A stretch of DNA of 64,000 nt from an uncultured Gemmatimonadales bacterium (GTDB taxonomy: Bacteria > Gemmatimonadota > Gemmatimonadetes > Gemmatimonadales > GWC2-71-9). The DNA is taken from the NCBI GenBank assembly GCA_963842945.1, contig CAWJIM010000019.1, forward strand, positions 352,001 through 416,000, in the 5' to 3' direction. The notes under the pieces are model-generated. The model had not been told where the DNA came from and did no database searches. It saw only the letters and a program-made list of their open reading frames with translations. Shown piece after piece: positions 32,545 to 42,355 of this stretch (its first letter is position 1; each line of letters opens with the position of its first letter). The translations under genes were made by a program, and so were the position numbers.

Positions 32545-33747
32545 GTGAGCGACAGCGCTGACATCGTCTTTCTATCCGGTGTCCGAACCGGCTTCGGCAG
32601 CTTCGGCGGGTCTCTCAAGGATTTCTCAGCCACAGACCTGGGTACTCACGCCGCGCAGGTTGCCATCCAGCGGAGTGGTGTGGAACCTGGGACCTTCGAT
32701 CACGTCGTCTTCGGCAACGTGCTCCAGACTTCAGCCGATGCGATCTATCTCGCCCGGCACGTAGGACTCCGGTCCGGCCTCCCGGTCGAAACTCCGGCGG
32801 TAACAGTGAACCGGCTCTGCGGATCCGGCTTCGAAGCTGTCATCCAGGCTGCTCAGCAGATCCTCTTGGGAGAGTCGCGAGTGGTCTTGGCCGGCGGAAC
32901 CGAGTCGATGAGCCAGGCTCCTCACGTGGTCCGTGGCGCCCGTTGGGGACTGCGGCTCGGGCCGGCAGCTCCGCTGGAGGATACGCTCTGGGAGGCACTG
33001 AGAGACCCCGCTTGCGGGTTATCGATGGCCGAAACGGCGGAGAATTTGGCCCAACGCTATCGAATCAGCCGGCAGGCGGTCGACTGCTACGCCGCGCGAA
33101 GCCAGGCCTGCGCCGCAGAGAGCTGGAAGGCCGGAGCCTTCGCCGACGAAGTCATTCCTGTCCCCATTCCTAATCGAAAGACAAAGCAGAGCGAGCCTTG
33201 GGCGGCCGACGAGCACATTCGCCCCGGCACGTCTCCTGAGGCGCTGGCCAAACTTCCGCCCTACTTCAAGAAGGATGGTGTGGTGACCGCCGGTAACGCC
33301 TCCGGCATCTGCGACGGTGCGGCAGCGCTGGTTGTCGCCAGCGGCCGTGTCGCGGCCGACCGGGGTCTCCGTCCGCTGGGACGGCTGGTGGCATGGGCCA
33401 CCGCCGGCGTCGAACCCAGCATCATGGGCATCGGGCCAGCTCCGGCCTCGCGCAAGGCTCTATCCCGCGCCGGCCTCAAGCTGGATGATATGGACTTAGT
33501 CGAGGTGAACGAGGCATTCTCGGCCCAGTATCTTGCGGTCGAGCAGGAGCTGGGGCTCGACCGGGAGCGCACCAACGTCGACGGCGGCGCTATTGCCCTG
33601 GGTCATCCGCTCGGAGCCAGCGGAGCCAGGATCACCCTGCATCTACTGCACGCCCTCCGGCGTCGCGGCGGCCGCTACGGTCTGGGCAGTGCCTGCATCG
33701 GCGGAGGTCAGGGCGCCGCAGTGGTCGTGGAGTCCTATTCAGCCTGA
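32545..33747 (+). CDS. Thiolase (acetyl-CoA C-acyltransferase)
   Basis: [31 protein letters not shown] and CIGGGQG. Confidence 0.95.
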   Translation: MSDSADIVFLSGVRTGFGSFGGSLKDFSATDLGTHAAQVAIQRSGVEPGTFDHVVFGNVLQTSADAIYLARHVGLRSGLPVETPAVTVNRLCGSGFEAVIQAAQQILLGESRVVLAGGTESMSQAPHVVRGARWGLRLGPAAPLEDTLWEALRDPACGLSMAETAENLAQRYRISRQAVDCYAARSQACAAESWKAGAFADEVIPVPIPNRKTKQSEPWAADEHIRPGTSPEALAKLPPYFKKDGVVTAGNASGICDGAAALVVASGRVAADRGLRPLGRLVAWATAGVEPSIMGIGPAPASRKALSRAGLKLDDMDLVEVNEAFSAQYLAVEQELGLDRERTNVDGGAIALGHPLGASGARITLHLLHALRRRGGRYGLGSACIGGGQGAAVVVESYSA

Positions 33748-33757
33748 GAGCATAATC

Positions 33758-34621
33758 ATGGACGTTCTGCTTCCTGCGCTCGCCGTTGCGGTGATCTATT
33801 CCTTCCTGAGCCTCAGGGTTCTGCGCCAGTACGAGCGTGGAGTCACCTTCTTTCTGGGACGGTCATGGGGCACCAAGGGCCCCGGCCTCATCTTCCTGCC
33901 CGCCGGCTTCGCCACCCAGAAGCGGGTCTCGCTCAGGATCGTAGCCTTGGACATCCCGCCCCAGGACGTGATCACCCGGGATAACGTCAGCGTGAAGGTG
34001 AACGCGGTGTTGTACATGCGGGTTACCGATCCGGGCAAGGCCGTGATCGAGATCGAGGACTACCTCTACGCCACCAGCCAACTTGCCCAGACGACGCTCC
34101 GATCGGTGCTCGGCGAGGTCGAGTTGGATGAGCTTCTCTCGGATAGAGAAAAGATCAATGCGGTACTGAAGAAGATCATCGACGAGCGGACCGATGCCTG
34201 GGGCATCGAGGTCTCCGCCGTTGAAGTCAAGGACGTCGATCTGCCGGATCAGATGAAGCGGGCCATGGCCCGGCAGGCCGAGGCCGAGCGCGAGCGGCGC
34301 GCCAAGGTCATCGCGGCCCAGGGCGAGTTGCAGGCATCCGAGACCCTGGCGCAGGCAGCGCGAACGCTGGCCACGGAGCCCAGCGCCATACAGCTTCGGT
34401 ACCTCCAGACCGTCACTGAAATTGCCGCGGAGAACAACTCGACGACCATCTTCCCTATTCCTATCGAGTTGTTCAGACCCTTCCTCAACCCGGCCCGCTC
34501 CACCACGCCTCGCCCGGAGGACACCGCCGAGCCGGCCGGACCGGCCCTGCCGGCAGCGGACATCTCTTCCCTCATGTCCCAGCTCCGAATCCAGGCGGCA
34601 CGGACACCTCCGTCCGAGTAG
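33758..34621 (+). CDS. SPFH/band-7 (slipin) family protein
   Basis: [41 protein letters not shown] and LRYLQT. Confidence 0.93.
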   Translation: MDVLLPALAVAVIYSFLSLRVLRQYERGVTFFLGRSWGTKGPGLIFLPAGFATQKRVSLRIVALDIPPQDVITRDNVSVKVNAVLYMRVTDPGKAVIEIEDYLYATSQLAQTTLRSVLGEVELDELLSDREKINAVLKKIIDERTDAWGIEVSAVEVKDVDLPDQMKRAMARQAEAERERRAKVIAAQGELQASETLAQAARTLATEPSAIQLRYLQTVTEIAAENNSTTIFPIPIELFRPFLNPARSTTPRPEDTAEPAGPALPAADISSLMSQLRIQAARTPPSE

Positions 34622-34623
34622 CG

Positions 34624-35466
34624 ATGAGTGAGGGTCCCCTGAGCCCTGCCCCCACCCGGATCGACCGAGCGGCACTCGAGCGGATCATCCGGCGCGCCGC
34701 CGAGCTCCAAACCGCAGAGCGCGAGGTTGGCGAGACGCTGACCTCGGACGAACTGATCTCGCTGGGACGCGAAGTCGGCATTCCGGTCCGCTACCTCCAG
34801 CAGGCTCTGCTCGAGGAGCGTTCCCCGCTGGGCACGCCGAGAGCTCCGGGATTGATGGACCGTATTGCCGGACCCAACCAGGCAATTGCCCACCGGGTCG
34901 TGCCGCTGGATGCGGATCAGGCCGAAGTGGCCCTGCTCCGCTGGATGGAGCGCAACGAGCTGCTCTGCGTGCAGCGGCAGCAGCGCGGGCGGATCAGCTG
35001 GGAGCCGCTCGGCGGATTTCAGGCGGCTGTCCGTCGTTCCGCCGCGGCACTCGGGGCCGGTAAGCAGCCGTTCATGCTTTCCCGAGCCGCCACCGTTTCG
35101 GCCACCATCCTAGCTTTGGAATCGGGCTACTCCCATGTCAGTCTGCTGGCCGATGGTCGTAAAGTGAGGAACGAGTACCTTGCCAGTGGGACCGCGCTGG
35201 CCGGCACGGGAGCGGCGGCAACGGGTGCGATGGTGGCACTCGGCGCCCTGCTTCCGGTGGCGATCTTGCCGCTGCCGATAGCCGCGGCCGTGGGCTACAC
35301 CGTTCTTCGGCGATACGGGCCGGCCCTTGCCCGCATGCAACTCGGGCTGGAGAGAGCGCTCGATTCGCTCGAGAGCAGCGGTGGTGCGCCACCCTCCAAA
35401 GGGAATGACCGTTCCGGGCTCATGGGTCTGCTAACCGACGAGCTGAGAAAAGCCCTCAAGTCGTAA
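34624..35466 (+). CDS. Hypothetical membrane protein
   Basis: Lies within the operon and has a C-terminal hydrophobic hairpin. Confidence 0.7.
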   Translation: MSEGPLSPAPTRIDRAALERIIRRAAELQTAEREVGETLTSDELISLGREVGIPVRYLQQALLEERSPLGTPRAPGLMDRIAGPNQAIAHRVVPLDADQAEVALLRWMERNELLCVQRQQRGRISWEPLGGFQAAVRRSAAALGAGKQPFMLSRAATVSATILALESGYSHVSLLADGRKVRNEYLASGTALAGTGAAATGAMVALGALLPVAILPLPIAAAVGYTVLRRYGPALARMQLGLERALDSLESSGGAPPSKGNDRSGLMGLLTDELRKALKS

Positions 35467-35479
35467 TCAAGGACTCTGG

Positions 35480-36376
35480 ATGAACCAGATCAAAAGAGTG
35501 GGCGTGCTCGGCTGCGGACTCATGGGCAGCGGCATCGCCCAGGCGTCGGCGAGCGCCGGATTCACCACCGTGGCGCGCGATATCGCCGCTCCGTTCCTGG
35601 AGAAAGGTCGAGCCGGGATTCAGAAATCGATGAGCAAACTGGTCGAGAAAGGAAAGCTGTCTGCGGCTGACCGAGACGCCGCCTCGGGCCGACTCTCCTT
35701 CACTACCGACATGGCCGACCTGAAAGAGTGTGACATCGTTATCGAAGCGGTTACCGAGGACTTGGTCCTCAAGAACGAGCTCTGGCGCGAGCTCGACCGA
35801 CTCTGTCCGCCCACCACCATCTTTGCGTCGAACACGTCCAGTCTGACCATCGCGGCCATGGCGGCTGCCACGCAGAGGCCTGACCGTTTCGTCGGTCTCC
35901 ACTTCTTCAATCCGGTTCCTCTGATGCCGCTGGTCGAAGTGGTGAGGACGGTCACGACCAGCCCGGAGACCTTCGATCGGGCGTTCGCCTTTGCCCGGGC
36001 TCTGGGTAAGGAGCCGGTTGCCGCCACCGACAATCCCGGCTTCATCGTCAATCTGCTGCTGGTTCCCTTTCTCCTGGATGCCGCTCGCGCCCTGGAGCGC
36101 GGGATTGCCTCCACGGCTGATCTGGACCGGGGAATGCAGCTTGGCTGTGGGCACCCCATGGGTCCACTGGCCCTCATGGACTACATTGGCCTCGACACGG
36201 TCGTCCGGATCGCCGAGATCATGTTCGACGCCTACCGGGAGCCGCGCTACGCCGCGCCACCCCTGCTACAGCGAATGGTTGTCGCCGGGTTTCAAGGCCG
36301 CAAAAACGGCCGGGGGTTTTATGATTATTCGGTCGATCCCCCGGTGCCGGTTGACCTTGGATTGGGGAAAGCGTGA
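35480..36376 (+). CDS. 3-hydroxybutyryl-CoA dehydrogenase
   Basis: GCGLMGSGIA, EAVTE, SNTSS, GLHFFNP, HPMGP and GRKNGRGFYDY. Confidence 0.93.
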   Translation: MNQIKRVGVLGCGLMGSGIAQASASAGFTTVARDIAAPFLEKGRAGIQKSMSKLVEKGKLSAADRDAASGRLSFTTDMADLKECDIVIEAVTEDLVLKNELWRELDRLCPPTTIFASNTSSLTIAAMAAATQRPDRFVGLHFFNPVPLMPLVEVVRTVTTSPETFDRAFAFARALGKEPVAATDNPGFIVNLLLVPFLLDAARALERGIASTADLDRGMQLGCGHPMGPLALMDYIGLDTVVRIAEIMFDAYREPRYAAPPLLQRMVVAGFQGRKNGRGFYDYSVDPPVPVDLGLGKA

Positions 36377-36450
36377 ACAGTCAACGGTGAATAGTGAACG
36401 GGGCCCCACCCGTCACCTCCTGTTTACTGTTCACCCTTTACCGTTCACGC
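36371..36450. repeat. Inverted heptamer array (GTGAACA/G type)
   Basis: GTGAACA GTCAACG GTGAATA GTGAACG ... TGTTTAC TGTTCAC CCTTTAC CGTTCAC. Confidence 0.8.
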
Positions 36451-36462
36451 TTCGGAGAAAAC

Positions 36463-37080
36463 ATGCTCGGCTACGACTGGCCCCGCCTCCATGCCGCCCT
36501 GAACGACCTTCCCACCGCCCTGTTGCTCACTGCCCTCCTGTTCGACCTGGCGGCACTAGCCACCAAGCGTGAAGGATTCCGCCTGGTCAGCTTCTGGACG
36601 CTGATGGTTGGGGCTATCGGCGGAGCGGCGGCAGTAATCTCCGGCCTGCAGGCAGAGGAGCACATCGCCCACGGCGAGGCCGTGCATGAGGTCATGGAGA
36701 CGCACGAGAAGTTTGCCCTGATCACCCTGGGAATCTTTGCCGTGCTGGCGCTCTGGCGCATCGTCCGCGAGCGCAAGATGCGCTCGGGCGAGCGCTCCAT
36801 CGTTTTGGCCCTTACCCTGATCGGCGTAGGCATCCTGTTCGTAACAGCAAACTACGGCGGCAGGCTGGTCTTCGAGCATGCGGCAGCCATTCCCACGCCG
36901 GTGCTGCAGGAGGAGCTGCACGAGCGGAGTGAAGGGCACCACCACCACGATGGGGAGGAGGAGTCGCCCGCTACATCCGCCGACTCCGTCAGCTTCCAGG
37001 CTCCGGCGCACGTGGATTCGCCGGGCACCCCACCACACACACACTCGCATCCTCCCGGCACTCCGCCGCACCAGGATTAG
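36463..37080 (+). CDS. DUF2231-like membrane protein with His-rich tail
   Basis: LHAALNDLP, four TM helices, YGGRLVFEH, GHHHHDG and PPHTHSHPP. Confidence 0.75.
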   Translation: MLGYDWPRLHAALNDLPTALLLTALLFDLAALATKREGFRLVSFWTLMVGAIGGAAAVISGLQAEEHIAHGEAVHEVMETHEKFALITLGIFAVLALWRIVRERKMRSGERSIVLALTLIGVGILFVTANYGGRLVFEHAAAIPTPVLQEELHERSEGHHHHDGEEESPATSADSVSFQAPAHVDSPGTPPHTHSHPPGTPPHQD

Positions 37081-37081
37081 G

Positions 37082-37606
37082 GTGCGCGGTCACATCTTGT
37101 GGCTGACTCTGATCCTCGGCGTGGCGTGCCAGCCCAACACCGGCCGACCGGTCTTCAGCCCGCTCCCGGAAGCTGCCGGCACCGAGGTTCGTCTCACCCC
37201 GGCGGAGGCCACCCGGCAGCTGGCTGCCGCGCTGCGCGCGGACTCGGTACCGGTGAGCAAGGTCCTGGTTCGGGATGCTTATCTGGAAACCGGCTGGTTC
37301 GACGCGAAGACAGGGCGGACCCGGGGCAGTTCTCTGGGCACAGGAGTGGTACGGGTGCGCGCGTGGGCCGATCCCGCCCGGCCGGGTAGCTCTCAATTAG
37401 CAGTGGAGACCGCGTACCGGCCCCTGGCCGACCCGTCACTACCTCCGCGGGAGCTCGATCGGCAAGTCCCCGCGAAGCATCCCGTGGCAGTCAAAGTGGA
37501 TTCGGTACTGCAGCAACTGGTTAAGCGATTCGGGGGACCGCCGCCACCTCAGGCGGAAACGCCAGCACCCGCCGCGGCCCGCCAGGCGCCGCCTGACGTT
37601 CAGTAG
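37082..37606 (+). CDS. Hypothetical lipoprotein
   Basis: LTLILGVAC lipoprotein-type signal. Confidence 0.65.
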   Translation: MRGHILWLTLILGVACQPNTGRPVFSPLPEAAGTEVRLTPAEATRQLAAALRADSVPVSKVLVRDAYLETGWFDAKTGRTRGSSLGTGVVRVRAWADPARPGSSQLAVETAYRPLADPSLPPRELDRQVPAKHPVAVKVDSVLQQLVKRFGGPPPPQAETPAPAAARQAPPDVQ

Positions 37607-37612
37607 ATCGGA

Positions 37613-38407
37613 TCAGACCACGTAGGAGCGAACCCACTGCTCCAGCTGGACGAGGTCGAGCGCCGCGTCCTTGCAGGGACCGGATGGCAGCGTCATCGTC
37701 AGTCCCAGAACCGGGATCTTCCCCGCTACATCGTGCAGGCCGCTGACCATGTCGCGCTCGCACGCCACCGCTACAACAGCTCGCGGCCGCCGCTCGCGAA
37801 TGACCCGCCGGGCCAGTTGACCCCTCGTTGCCACGAAGACGGGCACCCCGTACTTCCCAGCGATACCGAGCACCCCATCCAGCGTCACCTTGGACAGGCA
37901 GCGGGGGATCAGTAGCAGCAGCTCGCCCTGCCCAACCTTCCGGCCGCGAGCCGCGGCCAGCGCGTTGTACACCTTCACCGCTGCATTCTCCACCCAATCT
38001 CTTCGGCCAAATCGATCCGCCAGCCGGGAGGTCAGACGCATCAGCCTCAGAAACGGTCCCCGCTCGGCCAGGCGTTCGGGCAAGAGCGACCGGCCGGCAA
38101 TGAACGAAACGAGGAGGAGCCCCCACCACACCCACAACACTGCAGCAGCTACGAGTAGCGCACTCCAGAGAACGGCCGGAGCTCGGGAGTGAACCGCGCC
38201 CAGTCTGGGCCCCAGAAGGAACAGGGCGAGGGCGACGACTCCTGGAAGCAAGACCAGGGTCAAGGCTGACCACGCGAAGTACAAGGCAGGCGGGGAGTCG
38301 TAGTTGCCCTGATTGGGCAAAGGCCGGCCGTCCCACTCGTCCCACTCGTGGCCCAGCCGTCGATCCACATCGATATGGATGAGTTGAGCGCGAGGAAGCT
38401 CGGCCAT
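37613..38407 (-). CDS. DUF116 domain membrane protein
   Basis: LLIPRCL, VFVATRG, AVVAVACERD and GPCKD. Confidence 0.75.
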   Translation of the reverse strand: MAELPRAQLIHIDVDRRLGHEWDEWDGRPLPNQGNYDSPPALYFAWSALTLVLLPGVVALALFLLGPRLGAVHSRAPAVLWSALLVAAAVLWVWWGLLLVSFIAGRSLLPERLAERGPFLRLMRLTSRLADRFGRRDWVENAAVKVYNALAAARGRKVGQGELLLLIPRCLSKVTLDGVLGIAGKYGVPVFVATRGQLARRVIRERRPRAVVAVACERDMVSGLHDVAGKIPVLGLTMTLPSGPCKDAALDLVQLEQWVRSYVV

Positions 38408-38433
38408 GGTGACAAGATAGTTAGCTTAGGGCC

Positions 38434-40074
38434 ATGCTGCCGCCGCCCGACATCAAGGGTCAATACCGGGACGACTCCCGCGCTCGAGCCGCCTACGCCG
38501 AGGGAGCCGGGATCTACCGAATTCTTCCCCGAGCGGTCTGCCTGCCCAGGGATGAGGCCGATCTCGTCCGCCTGGTCGGCTGGGCAACCGACCTGGGCAT
38601 CGGGCTGATCCCGCGGGGTGCGGGTAGTGCCATGGGCGGCGGGAATGTCGGCGAAGGCGTGATCGTCGATCTGACTCAGCTCAGCGGCATGCGCCTGCAG
38701 GTCGAAGCCGGCGCGCGCCAGGCCGTCGCCAGCGCCGGAGTGACCCTGGGCCAACTCAATGAGGCCGCGGCCGCCCATGGTCTTCGGCTTCCTCCCGATC
38801 CCAGCAGCGGAGCATGGGCGACGTTGGGCGGGATGGTGTCCACCAACGCGGCGGGCCCGAGATCCGTTCGGTACGGCAGTGTGCGCCAGTGGATCGAATC
38901 GGTGGTCCTGGTAACGGCGGATGGAGAATCGGTGACGCTTCGGCGCGGAACTCCTCGGCCCGGCTCGAGCGCAATCCATCGCTTCAACCAGGACGCAGCT
39001 CCGGCGATCCTCCAAGCATCGGCCCAGATCGAGAGTCGGTTTCCTCACACTCGCAAGAATTCCTCCGGGTACGCCCTGGACGCGTTCGTGAGATCCGGAG
39101 ATGTGCTGGATCTGGTCATCGGCTCGGAAGGCACTCTGGGCATCATTACCCAGATGGAATGGCGGTTGGACCATATGCCGGCGCATCGTGCCGGGCTCCG
39201 CGCCTCCGTGCGGTCGATCGATTCTCTCAGCGAGGCCGTGCGCGCCGTCCTCCCCTGCCAGCCCTCCGCGGTTGAACTGCTGGATCGCACCTTCCTCGAC
39301 CTGCTCGCCGGAAATCCGCTCGGGGGAGCTGCCTTTCGCTTCAGCGAAGCCGAGGCGGTGCTCCTGATCGAGCTGGAGCGAGACGATCCCGGTTCCCTGA
39401 GGGAGGCGCTCCAGCTGGCTACCGCACGCCTCCGGCCCATCGCTCATGCGGTGGATACCGCATTCACCGCGGAGGCGGCGGAACGGCTCTGGAGCATCCG
39501 TCGCGCCGCCAGCCCGATCCTGGCTGCTCTGCCCGAGCAGCGCCGATCGCTTCAGGTGATTGAGGACGCCTGCGTGCCCATCGAGCAGATGGGGCGCTAC
39601 CTCCGCTTTGTCCGGCAGGCGTCCGCCGCACGGGGCCTCCCCGTCGTCATGTTCGGTCACGCCGGCGACGGCCATGTCCATGTGAATCTCTTGCCCGACA
39701 CTCGCCGAGCCGGTTGGGAGCGTGCCGTCGCCGAGCTGCTGGAGGAGGTGACCGAATGCGTGGTTGAGCTGGGCGGCACGCCATCCGGTGAGCACGGCGA
39801 TGGCCGGCTTCGGGCCCACTTGCTCGATCGGGTCTATGGGCCGGACATCGTCTCCCTCTTCCGGCTGGTGAAGAACAGTTTCGACCCGGGCGGCATTCTG
39901 AATCCTGGTGTCATCCTGCCGTCGGACCGGCCCGCCATCAGCCGGCTGAAGGTGGGTGAAGGCGCCCTCCCCATCCCTCCGGACGTGGAGCTCGCGCTTC
40001 GCGAGATCGAACGGACGGGTGGATATGGGAGGTCGAGATTGGAATTGGCCGATGAGCTAGGAGCTAGGAGCTAG
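38434..40074 (+). CDS. FAD-linked oxidoreductase (GlcD / D-2-hydroxyacid dehydrogenase-like)
   Basis: PRGAGS, PDPSS, GGMVSTNAAG, GSEGTLG, GHAGDGHVH, GEHGDG and DPGGILNPG. Confidence 0.9.
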   Translation: MLPPPDIKGQYRDDSRARAAYAEGAGIYRILPRAVCLPRDEADLVRLVGWATDLGIGLIPRGAGSAMGGGNVGEGVIVDLTQLSGMRLQVEAGARQAVASAGVTLGQLNEAAAAHGLRLPPDPSSGAWATLGGMVSTNAAGPRSVRYGSVRQWIESVVLVTADGESVTLRRGTPRPGSSAIHRFNQDAAPAILQASAQIESRFPHTRKNSSGYALDAFVRSGDVLDLVIGSEGTLGIITQMEWRLDHMPAHRAGLRASVRSIDSLSEAVRAVLPCQPSAVELLDRTFLDLLAGNPLGGAAFRFSEAEAVLLIELERDDPGSLREALQLATARLRPIAHAVDTAFTAEAAERLWSIRRAASPILAALPEQRRSLQVIEDACVPIEQMGRYLRFVRQASAARGLPVVMFGHAGDGHVHVNLLPDTRRAGWERAVAELLEEVTECVVELGGTPSGEHGDGRLRAHLLDRVYGPDIVSLFRLVKNSFDPGGILNPGVILPSDRPAISRLKVGEGALPIPPDVELALREIERTGGYGRSRLELADELGARS

Positions 40075-40116
40075 GAGCTAGGAGCTAGGAGCTAGGAGCT
40101 AGGAGCTAGGAGCTGG
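40054..40116. repeat. Tandem heptamer (GAGCTAG)x8 plus GAGCTGG
   Basis: Copies counted directly. A complementary (CCAGCTC)-type arm lies at 40238-40267. Confidence 0.95.
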
Positions 40117-40267
40117 CGCTGCCGCGGATGATATTGTACGGAACCAGACCGAGTGACGTCGCACCCTGCGAATCTACTTCGACTAAGACTACGAGGACTC
40201 GATCGTGGCCCCCGCTGAATCAAGTACCTTCGGGTCCATAGCTCCCAGCTCCCAGCTTCCAGCTCCC

Positions 40268-41020
40268 ATGGAAATCATCCGCGGTCCCCGCGTCACGCTC
40301 ATCGCCCGTCCCCAGTTCCTGGAGCCGGCCCATCTACCGGTCCAGTGGAAGGGTGAATCCAGCGACGGCGAAAGGATCGCGGAGTTTGCCGGTCGCCTCT
40401 GCTACATGAGCCAGCACAATCCGGCGGGCCGGAGCACCGCCGAATATCTCCAGAACATCCTCAAGCAGGGTCACGGGTCGGTCTTCGAGCACTCGACCTA
40501 CGTGATGCTGATCGAGGGGATCTCCCGCTCCTGCAGCCACGAGCTGGTTCGCCATCGCGCCGGCTGGGGCTACTCCCAGCTGTCGCAGCGGTATGTCGAT
40601 GAGTCACACGCCGCGTTTGTCATGCCCCCGGCCATCATGGGCGATGCGGCACTGGAAGAGGCCTGGACCAGGCAGGTGGAGCAGGCCCAGGCAGCCTACG
40701 TGGAGGCGGTGGAGCGGCTGATGGACCGCTACGCCTGGGTCGAGAACAAGGTTCACCGGAGGAAACTGGCGCGGGAGGCGGCGCGAAGCGTTCTGCCCAA
40801 CGCCACCGAGGTGAAGATCGTGGTCAGCGCCAACGTCCGGGCTTGGCGCACCATGCTGGAGCTCCGTCTGGGAGAGGGGGCCGAGCTGGAGATTCGCCGG
40901 ATGGCTGCGGCCTGTCTCCGGGTCCTCCAGCAGGAAGCGCCCGCGCTCTTCGCCGACTTCGAGCTCTATGAGTCGGGTGAGGGTGGAGAGGCCGGCCGGG
41001 TCGGGTTCCACAAGGTGTAG
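40268..41020 (+). CDS. thyX: FAD-dependent thymidylate synthase
   Basis: GHGSVFEH, ISRSCSHELVRHR, SQLSQRY, REAARSVLP and ELEIR. Confidence 0.95.
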   Translation: MEIIRGPRVTLIARPQFLEPAHLPVQWKGESSDGERIAEFAGRLCYMSQHNPAGRSTAEYLQNILKQGHGSVFEHSTYVMLIEGISRSCSHELVRHRAGWGYSQLSQRYVDESHAAFVMPPAIMGDAALEEAWTRQVEQAQAAYVEAVERLMDRYAWVENKVHRRKLAREAARSVLPNATEVKIVVSANVRAWRTMLELRLGEGAELEIRRMAAACLRVLQQEAPALFADFELYESGEGGEAGRVGFHKV

Positions 41021-41115
41021 TCGCGAGTCACGAGACTAGAGTCCCACCAGGATGGACACCATCCTCATGCCGAAACCGCTCAAGGCTCGTGACTCGCGAC
41101 TCGGGACTCGCGACT
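41019..41115. repeat. Inverted heptamer array (GAGTCGC/GCGACTC type)
   Basis: AGTCGCG AGTCACG AGACTAG AGTCCC ... GTGACTC GCGACTC GGGACTC GCGACT. Confidence 0.8.
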
Positions 41116-41152
41116 GTCTAAAAACTCACTGCCACTTTTTCCCCAAAAAGTA

Positions 41153-41181
41153 TTGTGCCGCAAAAACGTTTTTCTTACTTT
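41153..41181 (+). promoter_or_regulatory. Candidate sigma70 promoter of the ATP-grasp/KamA operon
   Basis: TTGTGC-N17-TACTTT in an AT-rich patch. The spacer contains the palindrome AAAAACGTTTTT. Confidence 0.5.
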
Positions 41182-41251
41182 AGTTGCGTCGATCGTTCGA
41201 CCCGTCCTGGCTCGTCTCTCTCGGACGGCCTTTTTTGTAGAAGGGGATCAT

Positions 41252-42355
41252 TTGGCAGTTCGGATCGGACTCGCCTTTAATCTCAAACCCGAGGCGCCGG
41301 CTAACCCAGCCGGGGCGAACTCCGAATCCCCTTCGTCTGACGAGCCTCCCAGTCGGGCCCTCCGCCCAGACCTCTCTCAACCAGATCTCTACGCCGAGTG
41401 GGACGAGCCCGCCACCATCAACGCGGTGGAGCGGGCGCTCAGCACTGTGGGCCAGGTCTACCGCCTCGAGGCCAACAGCAGCTTCCCCGCTCGGCTCGCG
41501 CTGCTCCGTCCCGATTTCGTCTTCAACATCGCCGAAGGCCTCTACGGACCGAGCCGCGAGGCGCACGTGCCTGCAATCTGCGAGTTTCTCGGGATCCCGT
41601 ATCACGCCTCTGATCCGCTCACCTGCGGTCTCGCGCTTCACAAGGGTCGAGCCAAGGAGATCCTCTCCTATCACGGCGTCCCCACCGCGCCTTTCATGGT
41701 GGCCCGATCGCCGGCCGATGCCCGGCGAGTGACTCTCCCCTTTCCGCTCTTCGTCAAGCCGGCCTTCGAGGGGTCCGGCAAGGGTGTCACGACTCGGAGT
41801 CTCTGTAAGAACCGCTCGCAGCTGGTGCGGCAGGTCTCTCATCTGCTGGCTACCTACGCCGAGCCGGTGATCATCGAGACCTATCTGCCGGGCCAGGAGT
41901 TCACCGTCGCCATCCTCGGCAACGGCGAGGAAGCGCGCTGTATGCCGATCATCGGCATGCGTTTTGATATGCTGCCCAAGGGAGCGCCACCGATTTACGG
42001 CTATGAGGCAAAGTGGATCTGGGATACTCCGAGCAATCCCCTGGAGATCTACGAGTGCCCGGCCCGCATCTCCGAGAGTCTCGCCCAAGAAATTCGGGCG
42101 GCCGCGCTCGGAGCGTACCACGCCCTGGAATGCCGCGACTGGTGCCGCGTCGATATACGCTGCGACGCGGATGGTCGCCCGATGGTCGTCGAGCTCAACC
42201 CGTTGCCGGGCGTTTTGCCCGACCCGCGGGACCATTCCTGCTTCCCCAAGGCCGCTGCTGCGGCCGGAATGGGCTACGACGATCTGATCCGCGCTGTCGC
42301 CGACGTTGCCTGGCGGCGGATCAGCGGTCGTTCACTCCTGGCGGAGGTGGCCTGA
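41252..42355 (+). CDS. D-Ala-D-Ala ligase-like ATP-grasp enzyme 1
   Basis: FNIAEG, VKPAFEGSGKG, ETYLPGQEFTV, RVDIR and ELNPLPG. Lacks the canonical Ddl GGxSxEH N-terminal motif. Confidence 0.88.
   Translation: MAVRIGLAFNLKPEAPANPAGANSESPSSDEPPSRALRPDLSQPDLYAEWDEPATINAVERALSTVGQVYRLEANSSFPARLALLRPDFVFNIAEGLYGPSREAHVPAICEFLGIPYHASDPLTCGLALHKGRAKEILSYHGVPTAPFMVARSPADARRVTLPFPLFVKPAFEGSGKGVTTRSLCKNRSQLVRQVSHLLATYAEPVIIETYLPGQEFTVAILGNGEEARCMPIIGMRFDMLPKGAPPIYGYEAKWIWDTPSNPLEIYECPARISESLAQEIRAAALGAYHALECRDWCRVDIRCDADGRPMVVELNPLPGVLPDPRDHSCFPKAAAAAGMGYDDLIRAVADVAWRRISGRSLLAEVA

Noticed and set aside
40054..40116. Repeat arrays as a possible CRISPR
   Set aside because: They are 7-nt tandem units without unique spacers, and there are no cas genes in the window.
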